DNA of 47,325 bases, the filler included, from Streblomastix strix (taxonomy: Eukaryota), in the NCBI GenBank assembly GCA_008636045.1. It is 2 parts of 2 records of this genome, joined end to end, with 100 filler letters (N's around TTAATTAATTAA, not from the genome) between each part and the next. Parts side by side here need not be neighbours in the genome. Positions count along the whole stretch, not along the records: positions 1 to 23,639 come from SNRW01000269.1; 1 more part is not named here. One strand, written 5' to 3'. The notes beneath the pieces are model-generated. The model ran no database searches. It saw only the letters and a program-made list of their open reading frames with translations, and had not been told where the DNA came from. The position numbers and the translations under genes are program-made. Numbering within the stretch: the first letter of the stretch is position 1; each line of letters starts with the position of its first letter. This document shows, piece after piece, positions 1 to 19,500 of this stretch.

Positions 1-789
1 AGCACTCTGTGAGATGTTTGAAATTGATATTGAATAATATTCTATTAATGGATTTTAGCTCAATGCGATTGAAATAGATTCATTCAACAGTGGAATGAGT
101 GTAATTGCACTTGTAGTATAAACATTAATCTAAATGTTTGTTTTTAATTTTAAATTTAATTTTTAATAATTTTTAATATTTTTGATGAAATATATTAATT
201 GTATATTGCAAATATATTAAGATGGAAATTAAGATTAGAAGTTTAAATTAAATTTGAATGGCAACGAAGTTCAATAATTGTTGAATAATCAAACACAAAA
301 AACTAATTGTCTCATTAAACGAAATTTGATTTGAGTAGCAGTGATAATGATAATGATAAAGGCAATGCTAAACTATCTGCACTTATTATTGATGCAGCGA
401 ATGTTCGAGTAGGAAATGCACAACAAAATATTAATGAAAATAAAGATAAAAATGAATTTGAATAAAATAAAACCAAAAAGTATTTCCTTCCTCTTTTTAT
501 TAAGAATTAAAAAGAGAATAAAGAAATGAAAGGAAGAAGTTTAGTAGAAGGTGTATTTGCAGATGGAATGAATTGGTTATTGCATGTATTGCAACAAGTT
601 GCACATAAGATTGGACCAAAAATTGAAGTTCAATTCAATAAATTTTTATAAAATAAGAAAGATAAGCCTTTTGATGAAGAAGATTTATAAAATGAAAAAT
701 GGTGGAAGAAATTTTTACATTAACTTTTAAACTTGATTACAATATTGGAAAATGAAAATTTGCATGAAGGACTCTGTGAAGAACGATGA
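1..789 (+). CDS. 3' part of a B-box-like/coiled-coil protein (paralog of 14558-15866), truncated by the window start
   Basis: With TAR=Gln it reads ALCEMFEIDIEQYSINGFQLNAIEIDSFNSGMSVIALVVQTLIQ, then an intron (GT at 136, AG ending about 233), then LEVQIKFEWQRSS...GLCEER and TGA at 787-789. It is a near-identical reverse complement of 14558-15368. Confidence 0.8.
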
Positions 790-985
790 AAATTATAAAA
801 TAAACTTTTATTTATTTTAATTTATTAACAAACATAACAACAACAGGTTAAAGTTCAATAAATATAAACGAACTTCAAATTTGTTTTCAATTCTTTCTCT
901 TTTATCTTCTTTTCTTTGAAATTATCATTATTATTTATGATATCAATTTTACTTTTATTCAATTAATTTGGATAAATTTTCAATT
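1..985. repeat. Left arm of an inverted segmental duplication (partner 14362-15368)
   Basis: Position 1 'agcactctgt' pairs with the reverse complement ending at 15368. High identity continues through the intron, the stop and the 3' flank to about 913, with weaker similarity to about 985. Confidence 0.95.
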
Positions 986-1323
986 TCAAATTTAATTTTA
1001 TGTTTATCTTTATTCATTGCATTATTTACGTTTTGGATTAATAGATTATTTGATATATGAGTTCACTTTTTCAATTTTGGTCCGAAAATTACTTTGCATA
1101 ACAATTTAATTTATCATATTGCCAATATATCATACATATAATTAATTTAATTTACTTATAGAACATTATGTGCACTGTAAGCGCAAGAATAATAGTTTTT
1201 AATTTTATCCTCAGCATAATTCTATATAACTTAAATATCAATTTCATACGATCTAATAAAGAATTAATAAACCAATACAATTGGAAATAGCTCTAGTACA
1301 AAATTGTCAAGGCTAAAAGAACT

Positions 1324-1430
1324 ACATTTTTAATTTTACATTTTACATGCATTTCTCTCATTATCATGCTTCATTCGAATATAATTTAACTATTTTTTGA
1401 CTTAATTTCATCTATTCAATATTTCTATTA
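1324..1430 (+). promoter_or_regulatory. Conserved non-coding upstream element (homologous to 14045-14158 on the minus strand)
   Basis: 'catttttaattttacattttacatgcatttctctcattatcatgcttcattcgaatataatttaacta' aligns with the reverse complement of 14091-14158. Both copies sit just upstream of a start codon. A regulatory function is inferred. Confidence 0.45.
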
Positions 1431-1444
1431 TTGTATTAGCATTT

Positions 1445-2741
1445 ATGAATCCATTCTTGATTTTTCTTGCACTTCTATTTGCTGTTTGGCTCTTTTTCTG
1501 GCTTCATCATTCTGGCAAAGTCAAAGTTATTGGTCGTGGAAGAAAATCTTTGAAATTCCTTAAAGGGAAGGAAGACTCACTTTATTATTTTGCTCATGTA
1601 TATTATGGACTTAATTCAATATATAACACGATCTCAGGATTTAAATATGGAAAAACAAAAAGTTATAGACCTAGGCGAGAAATTTTGATAGGTGCAGATG
1701 GAGGCGAGTTTGCGATTGACTGGTTTGAAGATGATAGAATTACAATACCTGATGATGCTCCAATCATTGTATCATAGCATGCACTCAGTGGAGGGAGTAG
1801 TGAAGCTTATTTGCAACAATTCGGACTTCGAGTTTTGAGAGAAAAGAAATGGAGATTTGTTTGTGTTATTTTCAGAGGATGCTGTGGAACTAGGTTGACT
1901 ACACCGAGGATGTATAATGGAGGAATGACAGATGATTTACACATTTCACTTCGAGTATGCATTAAATTGTTTGATTAAAATTTCTATTTATTTATTTTTA
2001 TTTATTTATATGATTAAGACAATTAATTAGAGATTTCCTAAATCGCGTGTTGGAATTCTTGGATATTCTGTTGGGGGTATGTAGATTTATTCTATTGTAT
2101 AAATCATTATAATTACTTTCACATTTAAAATAGGGAATGTCATCACTAAATATCTTGGTGAATAAAACTCAATTAATGAACCAGTAGTGAAATACAAATA
2201 AGTTATTGAACATGACCCAGTTCCAGATTGTGTTGTTGCAGCAGCAGCTGTCTGTTGTCCATTCAGTTTAACAATCATTGAAGATAACATGACAGAGAAA
2301 GAATTAATATTGATGGCTCAACCAATGATTAAATATATGGATAAGCATAAAGCAATTCTGAAATAACTCAAACACTTTGAAATGCTCTCTTCAACACCTG
2401 ATAATTTATCGATTCCTCTGATAAATGAATATGCAACAGCAGATATATTTGGATATACTGGAAACACACAATACAAGTTTGATGCTTCAAGTTCTCGCTA
2501 TCTCGATGGAGTTCGAAAACCTCTTCTTTTTATCAGCACTTTAAATGATAATATTTCTCTTTACAAAGCATTCCCTAAATAAGAAATTGAAAAAGTAGAT
2601 GGGAATGAATACATTTCAGCTCTTTTGTTGAGGGGTGGTGCACATTTGGGAATGTTTAGTGCATTTTCTACAAAAACGAGATTCGATGAGTAAATTATCA
2701 TTAAATATTTTTCTTATTATTTCAATGACCACTAAGAGTGA
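1445..2741 (+). CDS. Alpha/beta hydrolase, ABHD1/2/3 (YheT/EHT1-like) family, with an N-terminal membrane anchor; 3 exons
   Basis: Motifs: DGGEFAIDW, HALSGGSSEAY, FRGCCG..LTTPRMY, nucleophile elbow GYSVGG-N, KPLLFISTLND and GGAHLG. Introns at about 1955-2018 and 2077-2133. TGA at 2739-2741. The frame reads through TAG at 1775. Confidence 0.92.
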
Positions 2742-2924
2742 AACAGTATTTATTTTTTATTCTTACATATCTCTATTGTTTTTGACTTAATAAATATAAA
2801 ATTAATTATAAAATAATTAAAATAATTGTAGGATCGGATAAAATTTCATTTATTTTATTTTAGAGTCAAATTTATATAAATTTACTTCATATATAACCAA
2901 TCAATATTGTAAAATTGGCCTCAT

Positions 2925-3000
2925 ATGAGAACATGTCGAATGAAGCCAAATCCACCGAGCACGAAGAAAGAAACCCCATACTGGCGAGGATTTTTTGGCA
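2925..3000 (+). other. GC-richer non-coding island with a diverged inverted copy at about 14195-14265
   Basis: Reverse complement 'tcctcgccagtatggggttt...ggatttggcttcatt' versus 14198 'tccttaccagtatggagttt...ggacttggctttatt'. Confidence 0.55.
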
Positions 3001-3331
3001 ATTTAACTTTTAGCCATTAAATCATAAAATAAATGTGCTATCAGCAAGTTAAATATTTACTTATATTATTTATCTATTTGAATTGCCACTCAAAACGCTG
3101 TTGAAAAATTTGGATTTTTAATTTCATTTTTACCACGACACAATTATTATGATGACTTATCAACAAACTTTTATTAAAGTCAAATCAGCTTTAAAATTGA
3201 TCAACAAATATAAAATAATAAATAATTTGATCCATAATGTTATTGACATGATTTTAAAATGATAACATTCAATTTAAATCTTAGCAATTCCAAGAATTTA
3301 TTATTTTTTATTGTGCTATATAGATAATTAA

Positions 3332-3921
3332 ATGGCTTCACAATCTGATACGCCATAAAGATCTGATAAGGGGGAATAGTTTGTGCCATCAGTAGTTCTT
3401 CTCACTTCACCAAACAGCACAGTTACACCAGAAATGGGAGCTAGATAGAAGATGCATATGATGATATAAACCTATGATGCAGTGACTAAGCCTCCTCCTG
3501 TATAGCGTGCACTTACTGCTACCAACCAAAAAATTGCTCCAAAACCTAAATAAGAATCACCACTTATAACATCTAAGTCAATAGCGAATGATTCTTCCAA
3601 TAGAATTGAACAAGACAAACCACAAACTAATTAATCAAATGCAGAAACATCAAAAGAAGACCATCAACAATATGAATAGCATTCACCAGATGATTAACAG
3701 CTAGGAACACCAATTGGATATAAATTACTCAATCCAAAGTTATTGGCATAAGATAGAAACAATCCCAGCAGTCAGAAGAGAATGAAATAGGTTGTATAGT
3801 AATGGGAAGCAGACAAGAATACACTTCAAACTCAAACTCAGTCTCCACAAACTAAATCAATATCTAAACTTGATTAACCTAAACCATAGGTATGCTATTA
3901 TTAAATATTATTAATTTGTTA

Positions 3922-4008
<87 letters not shown>

Positions 4009-7000
4009 TTGTTAATTATTTTGATTCCTTATTTATTAATTTAACTTATTAATATCAACTCTCTCATTCTAAACAGGCACCTGTAATCCAAACAGAGAAA
4101 GAATAAAATGTGCAGCCATCCATATTCAGTTCAGCTGTGTCTAATGCAACACAAACTAAACCAGTTCCTCCTCCTCCTGAAATATTGAATCAGTAAAATA
4201 GTGACAAGTTGAGTGAATCCACAACAAAAACTCCGAATCCTCTTCATTCAACAACTGTTTCATAATAATAATAATAACAATAATAATAACAATCTCCATC
4301 TTAATCTAAATAACCTCAATTAGATTCTGGTAAGGAATAGTAACTTTCAGAATAGAATAAAAGAGATTTGAATGAATCACAGACTAATAAATCAGAAAGT
4401 GGATAAAATAAAGAGAAGAAATAGAAGAAGAAAAAAGATAAACAACTCACTTCACAAGATCGTATTGATAAGGAAGAAGAGAAAGAGAAAGAAAAAGATA
4501 AGAAAAAAGAAAAGAAGAAGAATAAAGAGAAATAGAAGGAAAAAGTGAAAGAAAAGAATAAGGAAGATGAAGATGATAAACATAAATAGAAGAAGGAGAA
4601 GAAGGAGAAAGAAAAATAAGATAAAAAGAAAGAAAAAGAGAAAGAATAAGAAGAATAAGAAAATTAATTGAATAAAATTAAACATGGAAGAAATAAAACT
4701 GAGTTGCATATTGCTCCAAATACAAAAGATTCAACAAATAAAATGGAAAAAGTTTAAACTGATAATAAAACACAAAATAGCAAATAAACAGCTGATATCA
4801 AAAGTGATAATAAGAGATCATTGAGTGCTAGGAATGAAGATTAGTTGAAAGATGATAAGAAAGAAAAAGAGAAGAAGAAAGATAAAGATAAAGCAAATAA
4901 AAAAGATAAGAAAGTAATAAAAGAAAACAAAAAAGAAAAAGATATTAAGAATGAAGACACTAAAGAGAAAGATAAAGAAAAGATAAAAATAAGCAAAGCA
5001 CCAAAATTTAAAGATGATAAAGAGATATAGAATAACAAAGATAAAGATAAAGATAAAGAAGATAATGGGAAGAAGAAGAAGAAAAAGAAGAAGAAAACAG
5101 ATAAGAATGAAGATGCAAATACTTAAAAGAGTGAGAAGACAAAACATAAGGATAAAGATAAAGATAAAGATAAAGAAAAGGATAAAGATAAAGATAAAAA
5201 GAAGAAATAAAAGAAACTTTTAAAAAAGAAGAAGAAATTGGAGAGGAAAAGGAAGAAATTGGAAGAAAAAACTAAATCAAAAGCATAAAAGGCACTTAAA
5301 GACAAAGAATAAGGGAATAATGAAGATCAGAAGAAGAATGGAGAAGGAAATGGAGATAATTAAGGAAATGTGGATGGAATTAATTTGAAGGATTTAATTG
5401 AACCTGAGCCTGAAGGTATTTAATTTTCATTAATAATAATATTGATCATTAAATTTTTAATTATCTTTATTTATTTATTTATTTATTTATTTATCTATCT
5501 ATTAATAATTAGCTGAATCATCCTCAGAAAGTGAAGCACTCAGTGGTCTTGAGTCAGTGTTAGATGATGAGATAGATGATTCAAGCAGTGATTCTTCAAA
5601 GAGCGATGATTCATCAGATGGAGAAGAAGGAACTGAATAAGAAGAAGAGTAAGATGAATAAGAACAGGAAGGTTAAGATGATGAGTCAATTGGGAGTATT
5701 GATATGGATGATCAGGAGAAGTAGAGGAGGTAAGATAATGTGAATGAGACTGATGAAGTATTATTAGACAGGGACCAGCAGATATTGGATGAATAACTCA
5801 GGAATTAGGAAATGCAGAGATAGAGGTAGTAGCAGAGTAAGAAACTACGTGAACTATAGATGGAGAAATAGAAACTTCAGTTGCAGAAAGAATATGAGAT
5901 CAATGCGAAGATTTAAGAAGAGAAAAGGAAGAGACGTGAAACATTAGGAAAAGGTTCAGGTGAAGATTCATCCAATTCATCTGAACATGATTAAGTGATT
6001 GGTGAATGGGAGAAGGAACCACAATGGGACAATGATGAGGAAGAAGTGGCTAAACCTGCTCCTGGAATGATTGCTGGTTAGTTATTATTTGTTTATATGA
6101 AAATATATATTCATTTGATTGAATTGAAATGAATGTTATTAATTATTTCTATTTATTATTAATTAATTGTGTTTATATTTGTATTTAATCAGGACTTGAT
6201 ATAATGATGGATTTCACAGGAGATGGAGAAGTTGATTATGATTACAATACAGATAATAAATAAGAGAATTAACAGATGCTGGTAATTGGAATAAACACAC
6301 CAGATAGAAACAGAATTTCAGATGAAATTGATGGAACACTCCAAAAGACTCCAGAATCAGTAGCTCAGGACTCATAATAAGAAAAGAGGGTGATTCCAGG
6401 TACAAATCAGAAGAGAGGTACAAATACTGGTAATAATAATAATCATCTTTTGTAGACAGTTTCATAAGGAAGTGATGATGATGAAGAGAATGTGTCTAAG
6501 TATGTCCATACTGGAAGTCAAGGAGAGGATAGACATGAAGAAGATAGCACTGGTGTAAGCACTGATTTCAATATACTGAATTAGTAGGTATAAATATCTC
6601 TTGTTCCTGTTGTACCTGTTCATGAATTAAATCTTGATGTGCCTTTGGGATAAATGATTGACGACTCACTTATAAAGAATTTCAAACTTGATCTTTCAAA
6701 GATTAAATTACCACCTTTGGATGTAAACTATATTTAATTTGATGGTGCTAATATACAAGGAAATGAAGTATTTAATTAGAATTAAGAAATAATTGATAAT
6801 TAAAATAATAATAATGTAATTAAATAATAACCAATTGATACAGATGAAGGATTTCTATAATCTTCTTCTCCAATGTAGTAAATATCTGATAATTCCAATA
6901 ACTCTGAATAAGATAAATGAATTGAAGAAGAAAGAATAATATAAGAGAAAAAAGAAAGAAAATATAATAATTTAGATAACAATGAGTAAATAAATGTTAA

Positions 7001-7010
7001 ATTTGAATGA
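3332..7010 (+). CDS. Hypothetical low-complexity protein (Q/P/S-rich N-terminus, K/E/D-rich centre, acidic C-terminus), probably disordered/coiled-coil; 4 exons
   Basis: ATG at 3332 (MASQSDTPQRSDKGEQFVPSVVLLT...). Open with TAR=Gln across GT-AG introns at about 3890-4076, 5417-5511 and 6078-6192. Contains (KD)n tracts. TGA at 7008-7010. No recognisable domain. Confidence 0.8.
3922..4005. repeat. (ATT)n microsatellite inside intron 1
   Basis: Perfect ATT run of about 28 units. Both flanks carry 'ttattaatttgttaattatt'. Confidence 0.97.
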
Positions 7011-7764
7011 AATAAATTATTTCAATCTCAAAATCTCTCTCATTTTGTAATATTCACCTTATATTCATCTTCTTTATCAATCTAATCTATCTATAAATTA
7101 TTTACTCATATTCATACACACTTTCATTCAGAATTTAATATCACATTCACAAAAATTCATAATCATAGACAAAAATAGATATTTTTCAGATGATTTAAAT
7201 ATAATTTTGAATGAATGAACAATTTTACATTTCTTAATCTTATAACATAACATATCATAATTTACTTACTTTTTTACATTTTAACATCATTTATTTTACT
7301 TACTTCTCTCAAGATTTTTTTTTAATTTCAATCTTCATCTTGCAATTTTAAACAGTTTGAATCATCGTACTTATCACTTTTTTACCTATTAATAACTCCC
7401 CATTATGTATGATTTGTTTTGCTTATTGAAATAAATAATAAAATTATGTGGAAAAAAGAATATATGATTAGGAAATGTTTTTGTTTATTGTTTTAAAGGA
7501 CTTATTAAGATGGATAAAAAAAGATTTAAAAGGAAGTGTGTGTACGTATGAGTGTTAGAGTGACCAAAAAGTGTTATTTTCTCTTAAAATTAAAAAAGCT
7601 AATGCTAAATTACTTGTGAAAATAAGTAAATTCTTTAGAGAAGTTAAAAAAGAAATAGGTTATAAAAATTTATTATAAAAGAATCGGTCATATAAAAATT
7701 AACTGATATGTTAATATAAACTTTTACAAAATACTTAGAAATTTCTTCAACCTTAATATTATTA

Positions 7765-13951
<6,187 letters not shown>

Positions 13952-14361
13952 TTTCTTTTAAATAAATAATTAAAAAGTTAAATAAAATAAAATAATATTA
14001 ATAATTAAAAAGAATATGTTTAAGAAATGGAAGGAAACGTGTTTTAAAAATACTAAAGCAATATCGAGGAATTGAAACAAAGTTAAAAACTAGTTATACG
14101 ATATTCAAAAGAAGCATGATAACGAGATAAATGTAATTAAAGTGTAAAATAAAAATGAATAAAAGGAAAAATTCAAAAAAATAATTTTTAAATAAAGTCC
14201 TTACCAGTATGGAGTTTAAAATTAAGTATGCGGACTTGGCTTTATTTCAAGAGCATTCAAATGAAATTGATTCACTAATATGACATTCATTTGATTATTA
14301 TATTTATTCAGTTATGATTCTTACTTAACATTGAAAATTCACTTATCTAAAAAAATAAAGA

Positions 14362-15368
14362 AAATTGATAATTTATCCAAATTAATGATACAAATAGTTA
14401 AAATGGTATAATTGGAGGTTGATAATTAAAATGAAAAGAGGATAAAAGAGAAAGAATTGAAAACAAATCTGAAGTTCGTTTATATTTATTGAACTTTAAC
14501 CTGTTGTTGTTATGTTTGTTAATAAATTAAAATAAATAAAAGTTTATTTTATAATTTTCATCGTTCTTCACAGAGTCCTTCATGCAAATTTTCATTTTCC
14601 AATATTGTAATCAAGTTTAAAAGTTAATGTAAAAATTTCTTCCACCATTCTTTATTTTATAAATCTTCTTCATCAAAAGGCTTATCTTTCTTATTTTATA
14701 AAAATTTATTGAATTGAACTCCAATTTTTGGTCCAATCTTATGTGCAACTTGTTGTAATACATGCAATAACCAATTCATTCCATCTGCAAATCCACCTTC
14801 TACTAAACTTCTTCCTTTTATTTCTTTATTCTCTTTTTAATTCTTAATAAAAAGAGGAAGGAAATACTTTTTGGATTTATTTTATTCAAATTCATTTTTA
14901 TCTTTATTTTCATTAATATTTTGTTGTCCATTTCCTACTCGAACATTCGCTGCATCAATAATAAGTGCAGATAGTTTAGCATTGCCTTTATCATTATCAT
15001 TATCATTGCCATTCAAATCAAATTTCGTTTAATGAGATAATTAGTCTTTTGTGTTTGGTTATTCAACAATTATTGAACTTCGTTGCCATTCAAATTTAAT
15101 TTAAACTTCTAATCTTAATTTCCATTTTAATATATTTGCAATATACAATTAATACATTTCATCAAAAATATTAAAAATTATTAAAAATTATTAAAAATTA
15201 AAATTAAAATTAAAATTAAAATTAAAAGCAAACATTTAGACTAATGTTTATACTACAAGTGCAATTACACTCATTCCACTGTTGAATGAATCTATTTCAA
15301 TCGCATTGAGCTCAAATCCATTAATAGAATATTATTCAATATCAATTTCAAAGATATCACAGAGTGCT
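14362..15368. repeat. Right arm of the inverted duplication (partner 1-985)
   Basis: Reverse complement of the window start, with scattered substitutions and different (aaatta)n lengths in the intron. Confidence 0.95.
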
Positions 15369-15866
15369 TTTGAAGATGATGAACTTTTCAATCTTGATGC
15401 GCTTTCCATTGTTTCAAATGTCCATTATTCTTGTAATCTTATGCATTCAATAAATCTTTCAATGTCGCATCGAAGTTTCACAATCGAATTTTCTTCAAAT
15501 TATCCTGTTTTCACTTCAGATTTCACTTATTAAATTTCTTCATTTGTTTCTACTATTTTTCTTTCAACATCATTCAAATCTTTTTTTTCTTATATCAAAA
15601 TTTAGTTCAATTCATCAATATTTAATTAAACAAACTCGCCAACTTCCTAACAATAATCAAAAATTGGAGAAGATTATTTCTTCAATAGTTCTTCATAACA
15701 ATCAACACATGTTCCTGGACTTTCAAAAACACTAATTTCTGAATTATCCTCATTCCTAATGCCATATACTCCGACACATTATTTTTTACTATAGATGCTC
15801 GCTCCCCAACCACGCCGTCCACATTTCGTACACAAAAATGATGCTGATTACATATGTATTTCACAC
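14558..15866 (-). CDS. B-box-like zinc finger plus coiled-coil protein; first exon/start not resolved
   Basis: The exon after the 'ttatcag' acceptor reads CEIHMQSASFLCTKCGRRGW...TCVDCYEELLK (C-x2-H-x7-C-x2-C, then a later CxxC), followed by heptad-like LNIDELNQILIQEKKDLNDVERKIVETNEEIQQVK. One internal intron. TGA at 14558-14560. Confidence 0.7.
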
Positions 15867-16517
15867 CTGATAAAAATAACAGAAAATTATAAAATAATAT
15901 TCTAGAAAAAAATTATTAATCAATAAAAAATTTTAAAATATTCTGTGGTCTTTCTTGTTCTTTATTATTTATATATCGTCAATTTTTTAGTATAATTAAC
16001 TATATTTTACAAATTAACGTTATAAAATATCATAGAGATAAAGCAATATTCAGAGAATAGAAAGTATTATCAAAATTCATATCAAAAATAAATTCTCGGC
16101 TTGTAGTAGAATTGGCGAATTAATATAATTGTTTTTTATCACATAAACATCATTTTTTAAAAGAAAAATATGAGTTGCGAAATAATTATTTTGGCCATAC
16201 AGAATAAAATAAGAAATGATAATTATTTAGGATTATTTCAAAAAATCTTGTTTAAATTGAATGATCACTAATTAAAAGTTTAATGAGTTACTATTTATTT
16301 ATAACAAATGCTAAATGATTGTGTTATTATTTGTTAAAGGCAAAATAAGTTTAAAGAATGCTAATAATAAAGATGAAAGAACGAGATTAAGAATAATATC
16401 AAAGTAGATGAATTCAAGATTGTATCATTTTGATGTGAATAGTTTAAGGCTTTATCATTTAATCTATTTATCTCATCTAAGGTTGTTGTGTAGGTAGGAA
16501 AGTGAAGAATTGAGAAA

Positions 16518-19500
16518 TCACCAATGAATCGCACGCGCGTTTGGAACATCACTCGCTGCTGTTGGTTCTGGTAATTACAGCATCTATACAACAGTTGCAG
16601 TTGTCCACTGGAAGTAACGCTGGATCTGTATGTAAGAAAATAAAGATATTAATTAGATAAATTAATTAATAAAATTGAAAATGAAAAATAATAATATTCT
16701 AAAAAATAATATTTCTTTTTCATTTATTTTCTTATATATTCATCATACACAGAATTTGATCTTATCTGGAAGTCCAACGAAGTATATTGGTTGCCAAAGA
16801 CCATTTGCAAAGAAGTGAAGTGTTCTTTTTTCTCTCTCTGGATGCATATTAACTTCTGCAATGACAATCTCGCCGTTTTAATATGGACTGTTTCCATCAA
16901 TGTATTTATCATTTGTTCTGGGCGTTATATGAACAACAGATCCACTGAAATAAATAAATAAATATGCGGATATAAAATATTTATATAATCAATAATAATA
17001 TTATTAATTTCAAATTTGCATACTCAGATCCGCAATATCCAGCACTTGCTAATTATGAAAAAGATAAAAAGAATATTATATTAAAATATAATATAAATAA
17101 TAAATTATATAAATAATAAACAAACCTTCATCCTGACCAGGATAATACGAATCTGGAATTTCGTATCCTGAGAATATAACACCAAGCCCTAATAATGATA
17201 ATAAATATAAATAAATATAAATAATTTTTAGTATTTATAATTATATTAATTTATATAAGCATACATCTATAAGCTCTGTTTTCTCCTTTCGCATCATCAA
17301 AGCGAACAGCAATTTGCACTACTCCAATTCCTGCTTAGATTTCAGGTGAAATAGAAACTGTATTCCTTTTTTTATCACTAAGCTATTTAGTAATAATAAT
17401 TAAATTAAATATTATAAAGATAAAAATTAATATTAATTTAAAATATTTAAAAATTTAAATTTCTTTTCAAATTTAAATTATTTCATAATGAATAATATAA
17501 ACCTGAATCAAACGAGTTAAACTCTGTGAATTTTCACCTTAATAATATGAGTATATTTATGTTTATAAAAATATTTAATAAAAAATACAATAAAATTAAT
17601 TTATTAATTATTCATACCAACGCGCTGAGTTGCAATTCGTTCATCCTTTATATCAAAACGCACAGATCCTATTGTAAAAATATGTAGTATGTAAATTAAA
17701 ATTAAAATTAAAAACTTATCTTTTGTATCAATTATTATTATTTCTTATATTATAATATTCATTAGTATTTATTTAGATATGAAAAAAGTAAATAGTTTAT
17801 AGAGAGTAAACCAATTGGAGCTTAAATAGCAGGAATTTAAATTTGATCACTAAAAGTACCATCTGAATTTATTCCAGAAATTTATGGAATTTTTGGAGGT
17901 GATGGATCTTATTATTAATTATTTAATTTAAAATGAAGATAATTAAAAAAATTAAATATCAAAAAAGTATAATAAATAATAAACCTATGTCATCAATCAG
18001 ATGTTAAAGATACACCCGACTTCTTTCCTGTGAAGTACCAATCATTTCCTGTATTAATTAGTATGAATAAATGAAAGGAAATGTGAAAGTAATATATATG
18101 AATAAATTAATCTTGAATATTTATAATTTGTATTGTTTTGTATTGTTTATACTCTTGCATATGCTTTGATGCGCAGACTGATTTCAGGTATTTTCACGAG
18201 CAAGCCCAATGGAATACGCTTAAAACGATCCTAAATAGAAATTGAATAAAACAAGAGAATATTATTTCATTATTATTTTAAATTTGAATTTAATGTCTTT
18301 TTCAAATTTATTTATTCAATTTTCATTTTGTTTCAATTCATGTTAAATTTCATAATTCAATGTATATATAAACCTTTACAAGCATAGCTGATACTAAATT
18401 GCGCAAACGATCGGAATAGTTTTGAGGAGGAATTGCTGCTGGACTAAAATTTACAAATATAAATTTATAATAATAAATTAATAATAATAAAAAATTAAAT
18501 TAGATTTTAAACTTATCACGGACGATTTTTCTTTGGATTTCTTCATTTGTTCTCCCCTATTATATTAAATTAGATTGTATTTATTGAAAATATATCAAGA
18601 AACGATGCAATAAAAAATTGCGAATTAATTTCTAGATTTCTTTTTATAAAATATTAATTTTGTTTCATTTCAATTATTCATACATCAAAAGGCCGATGTT
18701 GAGTAAGGAGCTCATAGATTGTAACTCCTATTCCCCAAATGTCTCCACTTTTATGGAATTTCTCTTCTTACAGAAGTTCAGGGGATACGTAACGCCTGAT
18801 GAAAAATATAAAAATAAAATAAAAATAAAATAAAATAAAAATAAAATAAAAATAAAAGAAAATAATAATAAAATAAATTCATGAAATTACTAATAAATAA
18901 CAAATTTTACACACATTGTACCAATCATAGTCTTAGCAAACGATAGTTGAGCATCAAGAACCTTTGAGAGGCCAAAATCACCTGTGAAATGTTTTAATCA
19001 GAAAATATTTTAAAAAAATTTAGAAAAAAATAAAATAAAATTAGAACAAAATAAAAAATAAAATGCAAACCAAATAAAAAATAATATTAAATATTAAATT
19101 CAAACCAAGTCTTACTTCCAAATCTTATGTAAGAAACACATTCTCTGGTTTCATGTCTCGATAAACAACTCTTTGACTGTGAAGATATCCAATGGACATA
19201 ACAAGTTGAGCAACTACATTCCAAACAAACTTTTAGAATTAAAATTAGAATGATATGAATAAAAATTAATTAAAAATGTGAAATTTAACTATGAGACATA
19301 TAAAAATGCATAAATGAAATAAAACATAAAGGGGATTACATTAAATAAATAATAACAAATAATTAAATAGTAATTCTATATACATTCTCATCAGCTAATT
19401 CTTTTTTATTTTTTAATGTCTTGATGTAATTCTATAAATCTCCTTCTCTACAATATTCCATGACAATATATTACTTCTATTCATCTTCACGGAATGAATC

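Noticed and set aside
2925..3050. Short ATG-initiated frames or a spliceosomal snRNA
   Set aside because: No homology-supported protein and no diagnostic U1/U2/U4/U5/U6 motifs. Kept only as an unexplained conserved island.
4452..5305. Minus-strand Phe/Leu/Ile-rich 'membrane protein' ORFs
   Set aside because: They are antisense shadows of the K/E/D-rich plus-strand exon.
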